Below, piece by piece: positions 10,877 through 19,734 of a DNA stretch of 26,931 bases (position 1 is its first letter; each line of letters begins with the position of its first letter). The position numbers and the translations under genes were made by a program. Under the pieces are notes generated by a model. The model worked only from the letters and a program-made list of their open reading frames with translations. It made no database searches and had not been told where the DNA came from. This DNA is from Candidatus Iainarchaeum sp. (GTDB lineage: Archaea; Iainarchaeota; Iainarchaeia; Iainarchaeales; CSSED10-239), in contig JAQVTI010000013.1 in NCBI GenBank assembly GCA_028700115.1, positions 1-26,931 on the forward strand. The letters are read 5' to 3'.

Positions 10877-12787
10877 TTATGAAATTATTCTAACATCTAT
10901 TTCTGATTGTATTTCATTTAAAATTTCATGAGTTGTTGCATTAATATCTGTTGTTTGTTCTTTTATAATACCTACATCAATTAATAATGAATCTATATTT
11001 GTAGCTATATCTCCACTTAAAAGTTGCCAAGTATTTAAAGTAGTTGTATTTATTTGTGAAAGTCTATTATTTTGATCTTCTTGCATTATTGAAATTGCAT
11101 TTCTGATATTATAAATTTCTTTACATAAATCACTTGTATTTGTATCACTTGTTGAACAAAAATTTTCAATATTATTTAAAGAAGAATCTACTGACAAAAA
11201 TCTATTTTCAATTTCAATCATATCTAAATCATTCATAGCATGATTTGTAAGCCAGAATGTGTCTTCTTGTACATTTGCTATATCTGAAGAAATTTGGGCT
11301 AAAAGCAAATCTAATTGAGATGTTAAATTATTTACAAGATTATTTAAAATTATATTACTTAAAGAAGAATTTAAATCCGAAATTTGTGCTTGTATTTTAG
11401 TACCTGTAGATACAACTTGCCCATTTAGATTTAATTCTAAATTATTCAAACTTTCTGTTAAAAGAATATTTGAATCTAAAAACTTTTGAGCAATCAATGC
11501 ATTTGTATTATTAAACTCATTTGTTATTTGAGAAGATAAATCTAAATTTATAGAATTTAATAAATTTGTAAGAGAAGTATCCATCAAATCTATATTTGTA
11601 TTTATTTCTTCTCCAGTAGAAGCAATTGTAGCTAATAAATTAATTTTAACATTATCAAGTTCTGTTAAAACATCTTCAAATCCATCTGTTATTTGAGTAG
11701 ATAAATTTGTATTTAATGTAGTTAAAAGATTTGTTAAAGAAATATTTACATTATTTAAATTAGCATTAATTTGATCTCCTGTATTAGAAACAACTCCTTC
11801 TAAATTTAAATTTACATTTTCTAAACTTAAATTTAAATCATCTATTTCTTGACCTAATTGTGAAGATAAATTATTATTTATTGTATTTAATAATTCTTTT
11901 AAAGAAATATCTAATGAATCTATATTTGTATTTATTTCTTGACCAGTTTGAGAAACAATACCAGAGATTTGTAAATTTACATTCTCTAGATCTGTTTGAA
12001 GAACATTTAAATCAAGATCCATTTGAGAAAGTATTTGAGAATTTACTGAATTTAATAAATTTGTTAAAGATGTATTTGATAAAGATATATTTGTAATAAC
12101 ATCTTGTCCTGTTTGTGTTATATTTCCATTTATTAAAAGAGATACATTATTTAATTCTGTTCCTAATGTATTAACACCTTGTTGTATTTCTGTATTCAAA
12201 CCAGAATTAATATCTTCTAAAATTGTATTTAAGGAAGTATTTAAATTATTTAAATTTGTATTTAATACCTCACCAGTTTGTGCAAGATTTGCATTTATTG
12301 AAACATTTACATCAGATAAATCTAAATCTAAAGAATTACTCATTTCTGTAAGTGTACTAATTTGTTCTAAAGCAGGATTTAAATGAAAAGATTGTGAAGT
12401 TTTAACTTCTTGAGAACCTTTATAACATGTTACTTCTTGTTCATATGTTCCTAAAGGAGCATCAACTAATGAATCTGTTCTAAACCAATTTCCTAAAATA
12501 TTTGATTCTTGTAAAGGCTTATTATCTACAAAGATAGTTTTATCTGGATAAAGTATTGTTACAAAACAATTATCAACTTTATAAGGATTCCCTTTATAAT
12601 CTGCAAGTCTAATAATAGTAGATGCAGCATCATCTTTCCAATATTCTGTATGAGAAACCCATAAAATAGAAACTTCTTCATCTACAACTTTTTGACCATT
12701 CGCATAAGCAGATGCAAAAAATACTGCAGTAAATATAATTACTGCTGCAAGAACATGTTTTAAAATTTTTTTATTATTCTTATTCAT
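10877..12787 (-). CDS. Secreted surface protein: signal peptide, two-Cys N-terminal domain, then Asn/Leu/Thr-rich 55-aa tandem repeats and a C-terminal region
   Basis: Signal-peptide-like N-terminus (VLAAVIIFTAVFFASAYA/NG). AGGTG Shine-Dalgarno (rc of 12794-12798) lies 6 nt before the ATG. The (Q/S/N)TG core recurs at residues 171, 226, 281, 336 and 391 (period exactly 55 aa) and at 461. I counted about 16 N-x-S/T sequons by eye. Confidence 0.8.
   Translation of the reverse strand: MNKNNKKILKHVLAAVIIFTAVFFASAYANGQKVVDEEVSILWVSHTEYWKDDAASTIIRLADYKGNPYKVDNCFVTILYPDKTIFVDNKPLQESNILGNWFRTDSLVDAPLGTYEQEVTCYKGSQEVKTSQSFHLNPALEQISTLTEMSNSLDLDLSDVNVSINANLAQTGEVLNTNLNNLNTSLNTILEDINSGLNTEIQQGVNTLGTELNNVSLLINGNITQTGQDVITNISLSNTSLTNLLNSVNSQILSQMDLDLNVLQTDLENVNLQISGIVSQTGQEINTNIDSLDISLKELLNTINNNLSSQLGQEIDDLNLSLENVNLNLEGVVSNTGDQINANLNNVNISLTNLLTTLNTNLSTQITDGFEDVLTELDNVKINLLATIASTGEEINTNIDLMDTSLTNLLNSINLDLSSQITNEFNNTNALIAQKFLDSNILLTESLNNLELNLNGQVVSTGTKIQAQISDLNSSLSNIILNNLVNNLTSQLDLLLAQISSDIANVQEDTFWLTNHAMNDLDMIEIENRFLSVDSSLNNIENFCSTSDTNTSDLCKEIYNIRNAISIMQEDQNNRLSQINTTTLNTWQLLSGDIATNIDSLLIDVGIIKEQTTDINATTHEILNEIQSEIDVRIIS
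11288..12322 (-). repeat. Intragenic tandem repeats, 165 bp / 55 aa, ~6 units (L-x-N-V-N-x-x-I-x-x-x-x-x-Q-T-G-x-x-I-N-T-N...S-L-T-N-L-L-N)
   Basis: Periodicity was read from the translated protein (residues ~156-500). The units are diverged, not identical. Confidence 0.75.
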
Positions 12788-12935
12788 TAACTACACCTTT
12801 TATTTTTTATTTTTTTAAAATATAAAATATTATAATAATATGTAAAATATAACATATATAAACTTAATTGTTTTAATAAATATCTTGAATTAAAGAAAAA
12901 ATCAAAATTTTAGTAATTATTTAGAAAAATAAAAG

Positions 12936-13580
12936 TTATTTTGAAAAAATAAGAAAATATTTTCTTTTTTTTATAGAATTTTCTTTAAAAATATATTTTT
13001 TAGAAGAAAAACCAATTCTATTAAAAATAGATAAAATTATTTCTATATATTTTTCATTATTTTTTCCAAAAGGAGGATAAAATTGAAAGATTGCTTTTCC
13101 ATTTTCTTTAAGCAAACTAAATATACTTTTTGAAATTTTTTTACAAACATTCTTTATTTCAATTTCAGATTTATTTGTTAAAACCCATTGAAAAGCAGAA
13201 ATAGAAATTATTAAATCAAAATAGTTTTTTTCTAAATCAAGTTTACTTAAATCCTCAAAGCCACCTTCTTTTGTTAAAAAACCTTTATTTTCACAAATTG
13301 CTTTCATCTCTAAAGAAGGTTCAATTCCTATAAGATTATTTTTTTCAAACCCTAAAAAAACAAGATATTCCAAAGAAAAACCAGTCCCACAACCTATATC
13401 TAAAACTTTAAGATTAGAAAAATTTGTTTTTTCAAAATCAGATAGGTCTAATGCAACTTGAGTCAATTCATTTTGAGTTTTTTTCATACCACTAGAATAT
13501 TCATATCTATTAGATTCTTTTTTTGTATAAAATGAATTAGGATCTTCAAATTCCATTTCTGGAGTAATATTTTCTTGCAT
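12936..13580 (-). CDS. Class I SAM-dependent methyltransferase, Bud23/WBSCR22-like
   Basis: Motif I is VLDIGCGTGFSLEYL. The N-terminal pattern (FY.KKESNRYEYSSGMKKTQNELT..AL.L) resembles the Bud23 family, and IGIEPSLEMK matches post-motif II. Confidence 0.75.
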   Translation of the reverse strand: MQENITPEMEFEDPNSFYTKKESNRYEYSSGMKKTQNELTQVALDLSDFEKTNFSNLKVLDIGCGTGFSLEYLVFLGFEKNNLIGIEPSLEMKAICENKGFLTKEGGFEDLSKLDLEKNYFDLIISISAFQWVLTNKSEIEIKNVCKKISKSIFSLLKENGKAIFQFYPPFGKNNEKYIEIILSIFNRIGFSSKKYIFKENSIKKRKYFLIFSK

Positions 13581-13605
13581 ATCAAATATTTAAAGATAAA
13601 AAGAA

Positions 13606-13632
13606 TTTATAAAACATCTTTTCTTAGAAAAA
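13606..13632. repeat. 27-bp direct repeat, copy A (TTTATAAAACATCTTTTCTTAGAAAAA)
   Basis: Identical to 14301-14327. It lies in the intergenic space directly after the stop of the 214-aa gene. Confidence 0.95.
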
Positions 13633-14277
13633 TTATTTATTTTGGAAAATTTCTTTTTCAGAATTATATTTATGTCCATTCAATCCCAAAAATCTATACT
13701 TAAATCCAAAATATTTTAAATCATTAATAGATATAAACTCAATAGGCTTACCAAAGTAAAGTGTATTTTCTTTAAACCAAATATTATAATCAGATCTGTT
13801 TTTAAAATTTTTTAATTTATTCATAACATCTAAAGAATCCAATTTTAAAAATATTCTCCCAAATTCTTTTAGGTTATATTTATCTATAAATAAAATAGTA
13901 AAATTAGTAATATCAAACTGTCTATACATATCTAAAAATAGTCTAATATCATTAAATGAAGGTTTAGAGCCCATACTACTTTTTTTAGAAATAGTATGAT
14001 TATGAATTAATTGTAGTTTACTTAAATCTCTATCATTTTTTTTCAAATTTTCTAAAAATTTAACAGGTATTTCAACTTTATTTTTATAACCTTGACTATT
14101 ATAAATAATATGTCCACCAGGAGATTTAATTATAATAGTTTCTTTTTTTAGATCTTTTGAAATACCATAAAACTTTCTAGAAAAAGAACCTTTAGGAAGT
14201 TTCTTTCTAATTTCATTTTGTTTTTTTAATCTTTCAGTTTTACGTTTATTTAAAAAAGAATTTAATCTCTTAATCAT
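13633..14277 (-). CDS. Hypothetical protein with a JAB/RadC-like metalloprotease-type motif (tentative)
   Basis: 214-aa ORF. LQLIHNHTISKKSSMGSKPSFNDIRLF resembles the JAMM/RadC signature HNHPSG...PS..D with a longer spacer, and there is an upstream Glu (VEIPVKFLENL). The functional call is low confidence. Confidence 0.55.
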   Translation of the reverse strand: MIKRLNSFLNKRKTERLKKQNEIRKKLPKGSFSRKFYGISKDLKKETIIIKSPGGHIIYNSQGYKNKVEIPVKFLENLKKNDRDLSKLQLIHNHTISKKSSMGSKPSFNDIRLFLDMYRQFDITNFTILFIDKYNLKEFGRIFLKLDSLDVMNKLKNFKNRSDYNIWFKENTLYFGKPIEFISINDLKYFGFKYRFLGLNGHKYNSEKEIFQNK

Positions 14278-14300
14278 AAGTAAAAATATAACACAAATAT

Positions 14301-14327
14301 TTTATAAAACATCTTTTCTTAGAAAAA
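14301..14327. repeat. 27-bp direct repeat, copy B; forms the last 8 codons + stop of the GNAT gene
   Basis: Identical to 13606-13632. On the minus strand it encodes ...FLRKDVL*. Confidence 0.95.
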
Positions 14328-14871
14328 CTCTTTTATTCCCCTCATAATTAATATATTTTTCAGTTTCTCTAAAATCATTCTTTTTTGCATTTTTCAAAGA
14401 CCACATATTTTTAGGATTAATAGAAACAAAAAAGTATTTTTGTCCAAGTTTTTTAGCATAATCTATTCTTAATTTAATAAAATAATCTTGAATACCTAAA
14501 CCTCTAAATTTTTCTAAAACCCCAACCCCATTTAAATCATATAAAAAAGGCAATTGTTTTTTAGTTAATTTATATCTTTTAATATAAAGCAAATTAAATT
14601 TATCAAACTTAGCAACTGACATAAAAGAAAAAGCAACAGGTTTATTTCTATAATACATTAAAAAGATATAATCTTTCTTATTTTTAATATCTTCTTTCTT
14701 ATTTTTAATATCTTCTTTAAAACGAGAATACTCATAAGCACAATCAAAACTTAAAGGTGTATTTTTTAAAATTTCTAAATGTAATTTTTTAAAAATATAA
14801 ACTACAGATGAGTTAATCTTGTAAACTTTACAATTTTTATTTTTTAATTTAATGTTTTCAATAAATTTCAT
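14302..14871 (-). CDS. GNAT-family N-acetyltransferase
   Basis: Motif A is GVGVLEKFRGLGIQDYFIKLRIDYAKKLG. Size is 189 aa. Confidence 0.8.
   Translation of the reverse strand: MKFIENIKLKNKNCKVYKINSSVVYIFKKLHLEILKNTPLSFDCAYEYSRFKEDIKNKKEDIKNKKDYIFLMYYRNKPVAFSFMSVAKFDKFNLLYIKRYKLTKKQLPFLYDLNGVGVLEKFRGLGIQDYFIKLRIDYAKKLGQKYFFVSINPKNMWSLKNAKKNDFRETEKYINYEGNKRVFLRKDVL
14673..14714 (-). repeat. Perfect in-frame 21-bp tandem duplication inside the GNAT gene (protein KEDIKNK-KEDIKNK)
   Basis: CTTTCTTATTTTTAATATCTT occurs at 14673-14693 and again at 14694-14714. Confidence 0.95.
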
Positions 14872-14912
14872 TAAAATATATAAATAAATATAAAATATAT
14901 TTAAAAATAAAA

Positions 14913-14959
14913 CTTTTTAAAAAAAAGAAAAAAAGACTTAAGAAAATTATTTCTTAAGT
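14913..14959 (-). terminator. Hairpin spanning the MscS stop codon followed by T7/T8 runs on the transcribed strand
   Basis: ACTTAAGAAA-atta-TTTCTTAAGT (14936-14959) has a 10-bp stem, and the TAA stop lies in the loop. Downstream on the minus strand the sequence reads CTTTTTTTCTTTTTTTTAAAAAG. Confidence 0.5.
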
Positions 14960-16014
14960 TCAATTGTTTGTGTAGGATATGCAAAGTCAATTTTTGCTTT
15001 TTCAAATTCTTTTTTAATTTGCATATTTACAGAATCAATTGTTTCAAGATAAATAGCATAATCTACAAAAGAAATATAATAAATTACTGAAATATTTAAA
15101 GAAAATTCCCCAAAAGATTCAAAAGTTACATAAAATATTTCTGAAATTCTTTTTTCTTTTGTTAAAATATTTGTAATTATTTTTTTAGCTTTCTCAAGTT
15201 TTGAAACAGAAGTATCATAAGTTAAGCCTAATTTAACAACTTCTTTTCTTGTAGGTCTTTTCGAGATATTTTCAACAGCTTTTGTAGTTAAATGTGAATT
15301 TGGAAGATTTATTAAAGTTCCATCAAAAGTTCTAATTTTAGAAGACCTAATCCCAACTTCTTCAATTGTTCCAAAACCATCTGATGTTTTTATAATATCA
15401 TCTATCTGAAATGGTTTTTCTGTAAATATAATAATACCACTTAAAAAATTTTCTAAAATATCTTTTGCAGCAAAAGCAATTGCTAAACCCCCAATTCCAA
15501 GTCCTGCTAAAAGAGCACTAATATTATACCCAAAATATTTTAAAACAATTAAAACAGAAATTGTAAATACTATAACCTTACTTAAACCTTTTAAAAGAGG
15601 AATTAATTGATCATCTAATTTAGAATCTGTTTTTCGTGCAATTTTTTCAAAATATTCTTTAATTAATCCTAATAAAAATTTGATTAAAAACAAAGAAAAA
15701 CCTAAAACATACAATAAAAATGAACCTATTCTAATAAATTCTGAAATCCAGGTTAATACATTTAAATATTTAAAACCTATATTAAAAAATATAATTATTA
15801 TAATTATTTTAAAAGGCATAGGTTTTGAAAGAATATTAATAATTATATCATCTAATTTATTTTTTGTAATTTTTGAAATCTTTTTAAAAATATTTAAAGT
15901 TAAAAAAACAAAAATTTTAGATATAATAAAACCTAAAAAAATAAATATTATAAAAATTAAATAAGCCTTAATTGTATTTCCTAAAAAAATATATTCTAAA
16001 AACATAATTATCAC
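14947..16014 (-). CDS. mscS: MscS-family small-conductance mechanosensitive channel
   Basis: The N-terminal half has multiple TM helices. The conserved pore-helix and beta-domain region reads GLGIGGLAIAFAAKDILENFLSGIIIFTEKPFQIDDIIK...GTIEEVGIRSSKIRTFDGTLINLPNS. Confidence 0.9.
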   Translation of the reverse strand: MIIMFLEYIFLGNTIKAYLIFIIFIFLGFIISKIFVFLTLNIFKKISKITKNKLDDIIINILSKPMPFKIIIIIIFFNIGFKYLNVLTWISEFIRIGSFLLYVLGFSLFLIKFLLGLIKEYFEKIARKTDSKLDDQLIPLLKGLSKVIVFTISVLIVLKYFGYNISALLAGLGIGGLAIAFAAKDILENFLSGIIIFTEKPFQIDDIIKTSDGFGTIEEVGIRSSKIRTFDGTLINLPNSHLTTKAVENISKRPTRKEVVKLGLTYDTSVSKLEKAKKIITNILTKEKRISEIFYVTFESFGEFSLNISVIYYISFVDYAIYLETIDSVNMQIKKEFEKAKIDFAYPTQTIELKK

Positions 16015-16169
16015 ATATTATTAATTTTTAAAAAAAATAAAAATTTAATATATAAATTTTTAAAAAATTTTAAAATATTATAATTATTAATAACCAAATC
16101 CTTTATAAAATATTATATTTTTATATATATAGTTTATATAAAAAAAATATATTAAAAGAACGATAATAA

Positions 16170-16859
16170 ATGACAGATTGTGTAGTTGAACTAAGAGATG
16201 TTTCTAAAATCTATAAAATGGGAGAAATAAATGTAAAAGCATTAGATAATGTATCCCTAAAAATTAATAAGGGGGAATTTGTCTCAATTATGGGTCCTTC
16301 TGGTTCTGGAAAATCTACTATGATGCATATTATTGGTGCACTTGATTTGCCTTCTAAAGGAGAAACTCTAATTAACGGAAATAAACTATCTAATCTCTCT
16401 GAAGATGACTTAGCTACTTTAAGAGGGAAAAATATAGGTTTTGTTTTCCAAGAATTTAATTTAATTACAACTCTAACAGCATTTGAAAATGTAAGACTTC
16501 CTATTTTATTTCAAGAAGATGAACTTAAAGAAGAATATAATAAAAGATGTGAAGATTTATTAAAAGAAGTAGGACTTGGAGATAGAATAAATCATAGACC
16601 TACTGAACTTTCTGGAGGTCAACAACAAAGAGTAGCAATCGCAAGATCTCTTGCAAACAATCCTGAAATTCTACTTGCAGATGAACCTACTGGTGCACTT
16701 GATTCTAAATCTTCTAAAGAAATTATGAATGTTTTAAAAAATCTAAATAAAAAAGGAAAAACTGTAATAATTATTACACATGATAAAAATGTAGCAAAAG
16801 AATCAAAAAGACAAATCTTTCTAAAAGATGGAAAAGTTCTAACTGATAAAAAAATGTGA
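16170..16859 (+). CDS. ABC transporter ATP-binding protein, MacB/LolD (COG1136) type
   Basis: Walker A is GPSGSGKST, the signature is LSGGQQQRV and Walker B is ILLADEPT. The Q-loop and H-loop (ITHD) are present. Confidence 0.95.
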   Translation: MTDCVVELRDVSKIYKMGEINVKALDNVSLKINKGEFVSIMGPSGSGKSTMMHIIGALDLPSKGETLINGNKLSNLSEDDLATLRGKNIGFVFQEFNLITTLTAFENVRLPILFQEDELKEEYNKRCEDLLKEVGLGDRINHRPTELSGGQQQRVAIARSLANNPEILLADEPTGALDSKSSKEIMNVLKNLNKKGKTVIIITHDKNVAKESKRQIFLKDGKVLTDKKM

Positions 16860-16867
16860 ATTATTAA

Positions 16868-18058
16868 ATGATAAATATTTTTAATTTTGTTTTAAAAAAT
16901 CTAAAAAGAAGAAAACTTAGAAGCTGGCTTACAATTATAGGTATAATTATTGGTGTATTTGCAATTGTGTCTTTAATGTCACTTTCCCAAGGACTAAAAA
17001 CTAGTATAAATGAACAATTTGGAAAAATGGGTGCAAACAAAATTACAATTGAATCAAAATATACAACTTTTGGTGCAGAAACAGAAATTGGGTTAGGACA
17101 AGAAGATATTAGAAACTTAGAAAAAATAAGTGATTTAGAGTTTGTTTCTGGAGAAGTTAATGCAAATATAAAAACTGAATTTAATGGAGAAATAAATTTT
17201 ATAACTTCAAAAGGATACAATACAGAAAACTTTGAAAGAATTTTAGAACAAGATAATTTTAAACTTCTAAAAGGTAATTTTTTTGAAAATAATAAATCTA
17301 AACAAGTAATAATAGGTTATGATTTTTATAATGAAAAAGATTTGTTTGATAAAAAAATAAATATAAATGATAAATTAGAAATAAATAATGAAAAATATAC
17401 AGTAATTGGTATATTAGAAGACACTGGATCTAGTACAACAAACACATTAATGTATTTTCCAATTGAAACTTTAATTGATATTACAGAAAGCTCAGAAAAT
17501 TCAGTTGATTCAATAATTGCAATTGTAAAACAAGGTAAAGATATTGAAATTGTTTCTAAAAAAATTGAACAAAAACTAGAAATTAAAAGAGGGGAAAAAG
17601 ACTTTACTGTTTCAACTCCAATTGATAAAGCAAAAGATAGAGAAGAAATATTAAACACAGTTTCAATTGTTGTAATTGGAATTGCTGCAATTTCTCTTTT
17701 AGTTGGAGGAATTGGAATAATGAACTCAATGTATACTTCTGTTCTTGAAAGAAGAAAAGAAATTGGGGTATTAAAAGCAATTGGAGCAAAAAGAAAAGAT
17801 ATTCTAAAAATATTTTTATTAGAAGCAGGTTTGATTGGAATAGTTGGAGGGGCAATAGGTACTTTTTTAGGTTTTTTAGTATCTATTCTTGTAAAAATAA
17901 TTAGTAGTTATTTTGAAATAGATCTATTTGTGTCTATAAATATAGAAATAATTATTCTTGCAATTGGATTTTCATTTATAATTGGTTTAATTTCAGGATA
18001 TCTTCCAGCAAACCAAGCATCTAGACAAGAAGCAGTAGATTCTTTAAGAGAAGAATAG
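16868..18058 (+). CDS. ABC transporter permease, MacB/FtsX type (N-terminal TM, large extracytoplasmic domain, C-terminal FtsX 3-TM bundle)
   Basis: N-terminus LKNLKRRKLRSWLTIIGIIIGVFAIV. The FtsX region reads GGIGIMNSMYTSVLERRKEIGVLKAIGAKRKDI...GYLPANQASR. Confidence 0.9.
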   Translation: MINIFNFVLKNLKRRKLRSWLTIIGIIIGVFAIVSLMSLSQGLKTSINEQFGKMGANKITIESKYTTFGAETEIGLGQEDIRNLEKISDLEFVSGEVNANIKTEFNGEINFITSKGYNTENFERILEQDNFKLLKGNFFENNKSKQVIIGYDFYNEKDLFDKKININDKLEINNEKYTVIGILEDTGSSTTNTLMYFPIETLIDITESSENSVDSIIAIVKQGKDIEIVSKKIEQKLEIKRGEKDFTVSTPIDKAKDREEILNTVSIVVIGIAAISLLVGGIGIMNSMYTSVLERRKEIGVLKAIGAKRKDILKIFLLEAGLIGIVGGAIGTFLGFLVSILVKIISSYFEIDLFVSINIEIIILAIGFSFIIGLISGYLPANQASRQEAVDSLREE

Positions 18059-18125
18059 TTTTATAAAGATTTAAATCATAATATATTAAAATATATTTTT
18101 ATATACAAAAAAAGGTGAATTAAAA

Positions 18126-18407
18126 ATGCCAATAAAAAGAAAAAAAACAAATTTAACTAAATCAAAACAAAATATAAGAATGATAGGTAGTAGAACAATT
18201 AAACCAAAAAAAGAAACCATTACAAAATCTTTAACATTATTACAAAAATTATCTCAAATATCTGAAAAAGAAACAAGCTCACTTAGAAAACAAAAAATGC
18301 AAGAAATTACTAAAAATTTACAAGAATCTTTTAAAAAAATAAAAAATGAAGAAAGATTATTAGAATTTAATCAAGAATTAAGATCAACTTTAGAAAAATT
18401 TAAATGA
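18126..18407 (+). CDS. Small Lys-rich hypothetical protein within the ABC cluster
   Basis: 93-aa ORF preceded by a strong GGTGA Shine-Dalgarno box (18114-18118) 7 nt before the ATG. I recognise no family. Confidence 0.6.
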   Translation: MPIKRKKTNLTKSKQNIRMIGSRTIKPKKETITKSLTLLQKLSQISEKETSSLRKQKMQEITKNLQESFKKIKNEERLLEFNQELRSTLEKFK

Positions 18408-18421
18408 AAATATGAGAAATT

Positions 18422-19687
18422 ATGAATTATAAAAAATACTTAATACCTGTAATTTTTGCAATTTTAATAATTAGTTTATTTTCTGTAAATCTATTTGCAG
18501 AAACAATAGATTATGACATAATTAATTTAAATGCAGATAATTACACTTATAGCCCAACTCCAGTGATTTCTGGAGATGAATTTGAATTATGGATACAACT
18601 TACAAACAATAGTAATACAGTTGCAGAAAATATCGAATATATTTTAGAATTAGAATATCCTTTTTCACTTCTAGAAAATAATGAAAACATAGGTACAATT
18701 AAACAACTTGCACCTCATCAAACAAAAGTTATAAAATATGATTTAAAAACAAGTCCTGATGCTTTAGACAGAACTTATAATCTAAATTTTAAATACAAAA
18801 GAAATGGATTTGAAACATATACAATAAAAAATATAGAAATTGATGTTTCTGGAGATAATGCTATAGTTGACATTATATCTTCAAATATTGAAACTGCAGA
18901 AATTGGTAAAAATTCAGAAGTTTCTTTAACTATAAAAAATTTAGGTGGAAAAAACGCAAAAGATATTTTTATAACTTTAGATAATTCTGAAGACACATAC
19001 ATAAATATTTTAGATCTTAAAACAAAATATATAGAAAATTTAGAAATTGGTTCTGAACAAATTATAAAATTTAGAATAAATGTATCTAAAAATGCAAGCC
19101 TTAATAGTTATACTCTACCTATTACAATAGAATACAAAGATAATGATGGAAATTATGAAACTAATAGAAATATAGGTATAGAAATTATTGATAATCCTGA
19201 AATAATTACTAATATCCTATCAGTTGGGGAAAATTATAAACTTAAGGCAAACTCAACTGAGAAAATTTCTCTTGAAATTTATAATATAGGAAATGTAGAT
19301 GCTGAATCTGTATATATTAATTTAATATCAGACATCGCAAATGCACCATCTTATTTTATAGGTTCAATTGAAAAAGATAATTATGATAGTATTGAACTAG
19401 ACTTACAAACAAGAAACATAACTCTAGGAGAATACAATATAACTCTTGAAGTTTACTATAAAGATAGAAATTTAAAAGAACAAATGATACAAAAAGAAAT
19501 AACTATAGAAATTGTTTCTCAAACAGGAGCAAAATCAGGAGTAACTAGTGTAATATCTATAATCTTTGGAATATTAGGTTTTATTATAGGACTATCAATT
19601 TTAGTACTTTTATTAAAATGGTTGACTAAGATTTTAATAAAACCTGCTTTAAAAGAAATTAAAGGAATTTTTAGAAAAAAGAAATAA
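18422..19687 (+). CDS. Surface protein with repeated CARDB/COG1361-like (S-layer-domain type) Ig-fold modules, N-terminal signal and C-terminal TM anchor
   Basis: Signal YLIPVIFAILIISLFSVNLFA. Recurrent modules read SLTIKNLGGKNAKDIFITL and SLEIYNIGNVDAESVYINL. The C-terminal segment VISIIFGILGFIIGLSILVLLL carries a basic tail. Confidence 0.75.
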   Translation: MNYKKYLIPVIFAILIISLFSVNLFAETIDYDIINLNADNYTYSPTPVISGDEFELWIQLTNNSNTVAENIEYILELEYPFSLLENNENIGTIKQLAPHQTKVIKYDLKTSPDALDRTYNLNFKYKRNGFETYTIKNIEIDVSGDNAIVDIISSNIETAEIGKNSEVSLTIKNLGGKNAKDIFITLDNSEDTYINILDLKTKYIENLEIGSEQIIKFRINVSKNASLNSYTLPITIEYKDNDGNYETNRNIGIEIIDNPEIITNILSVGENYKLKANSTEKISLEIYNIGNVDAESVYINLISDIANAPSYFIGSIEKDNYDSIELDLQTRNITLGEYNITLEVYYKDRNLKEQMIQKEITIEIVSQTGAKSGVTSVISIIFGILGFIIGLSILVLLLKWLTKILIKPALKEIKGIFRKKK

Positions 19688-19734
19688 TCTTTCTTTTTTC
19701 CTAAAATATTTTTTATTTTTAAAAAGTGTAATTA

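Noticed and set aside
10714-12322. Possible CRISPR array (short tandem repeats at 10714-10768; periodic repeats at 11288-12322)
   Set aside because: The 11-bp units are contiguous with no spacers. The 165-bp periodicity lies inside a continuous ORF and is diverged protein-coding repeat. No repeat-spacer architecture exists anywhere in the window.
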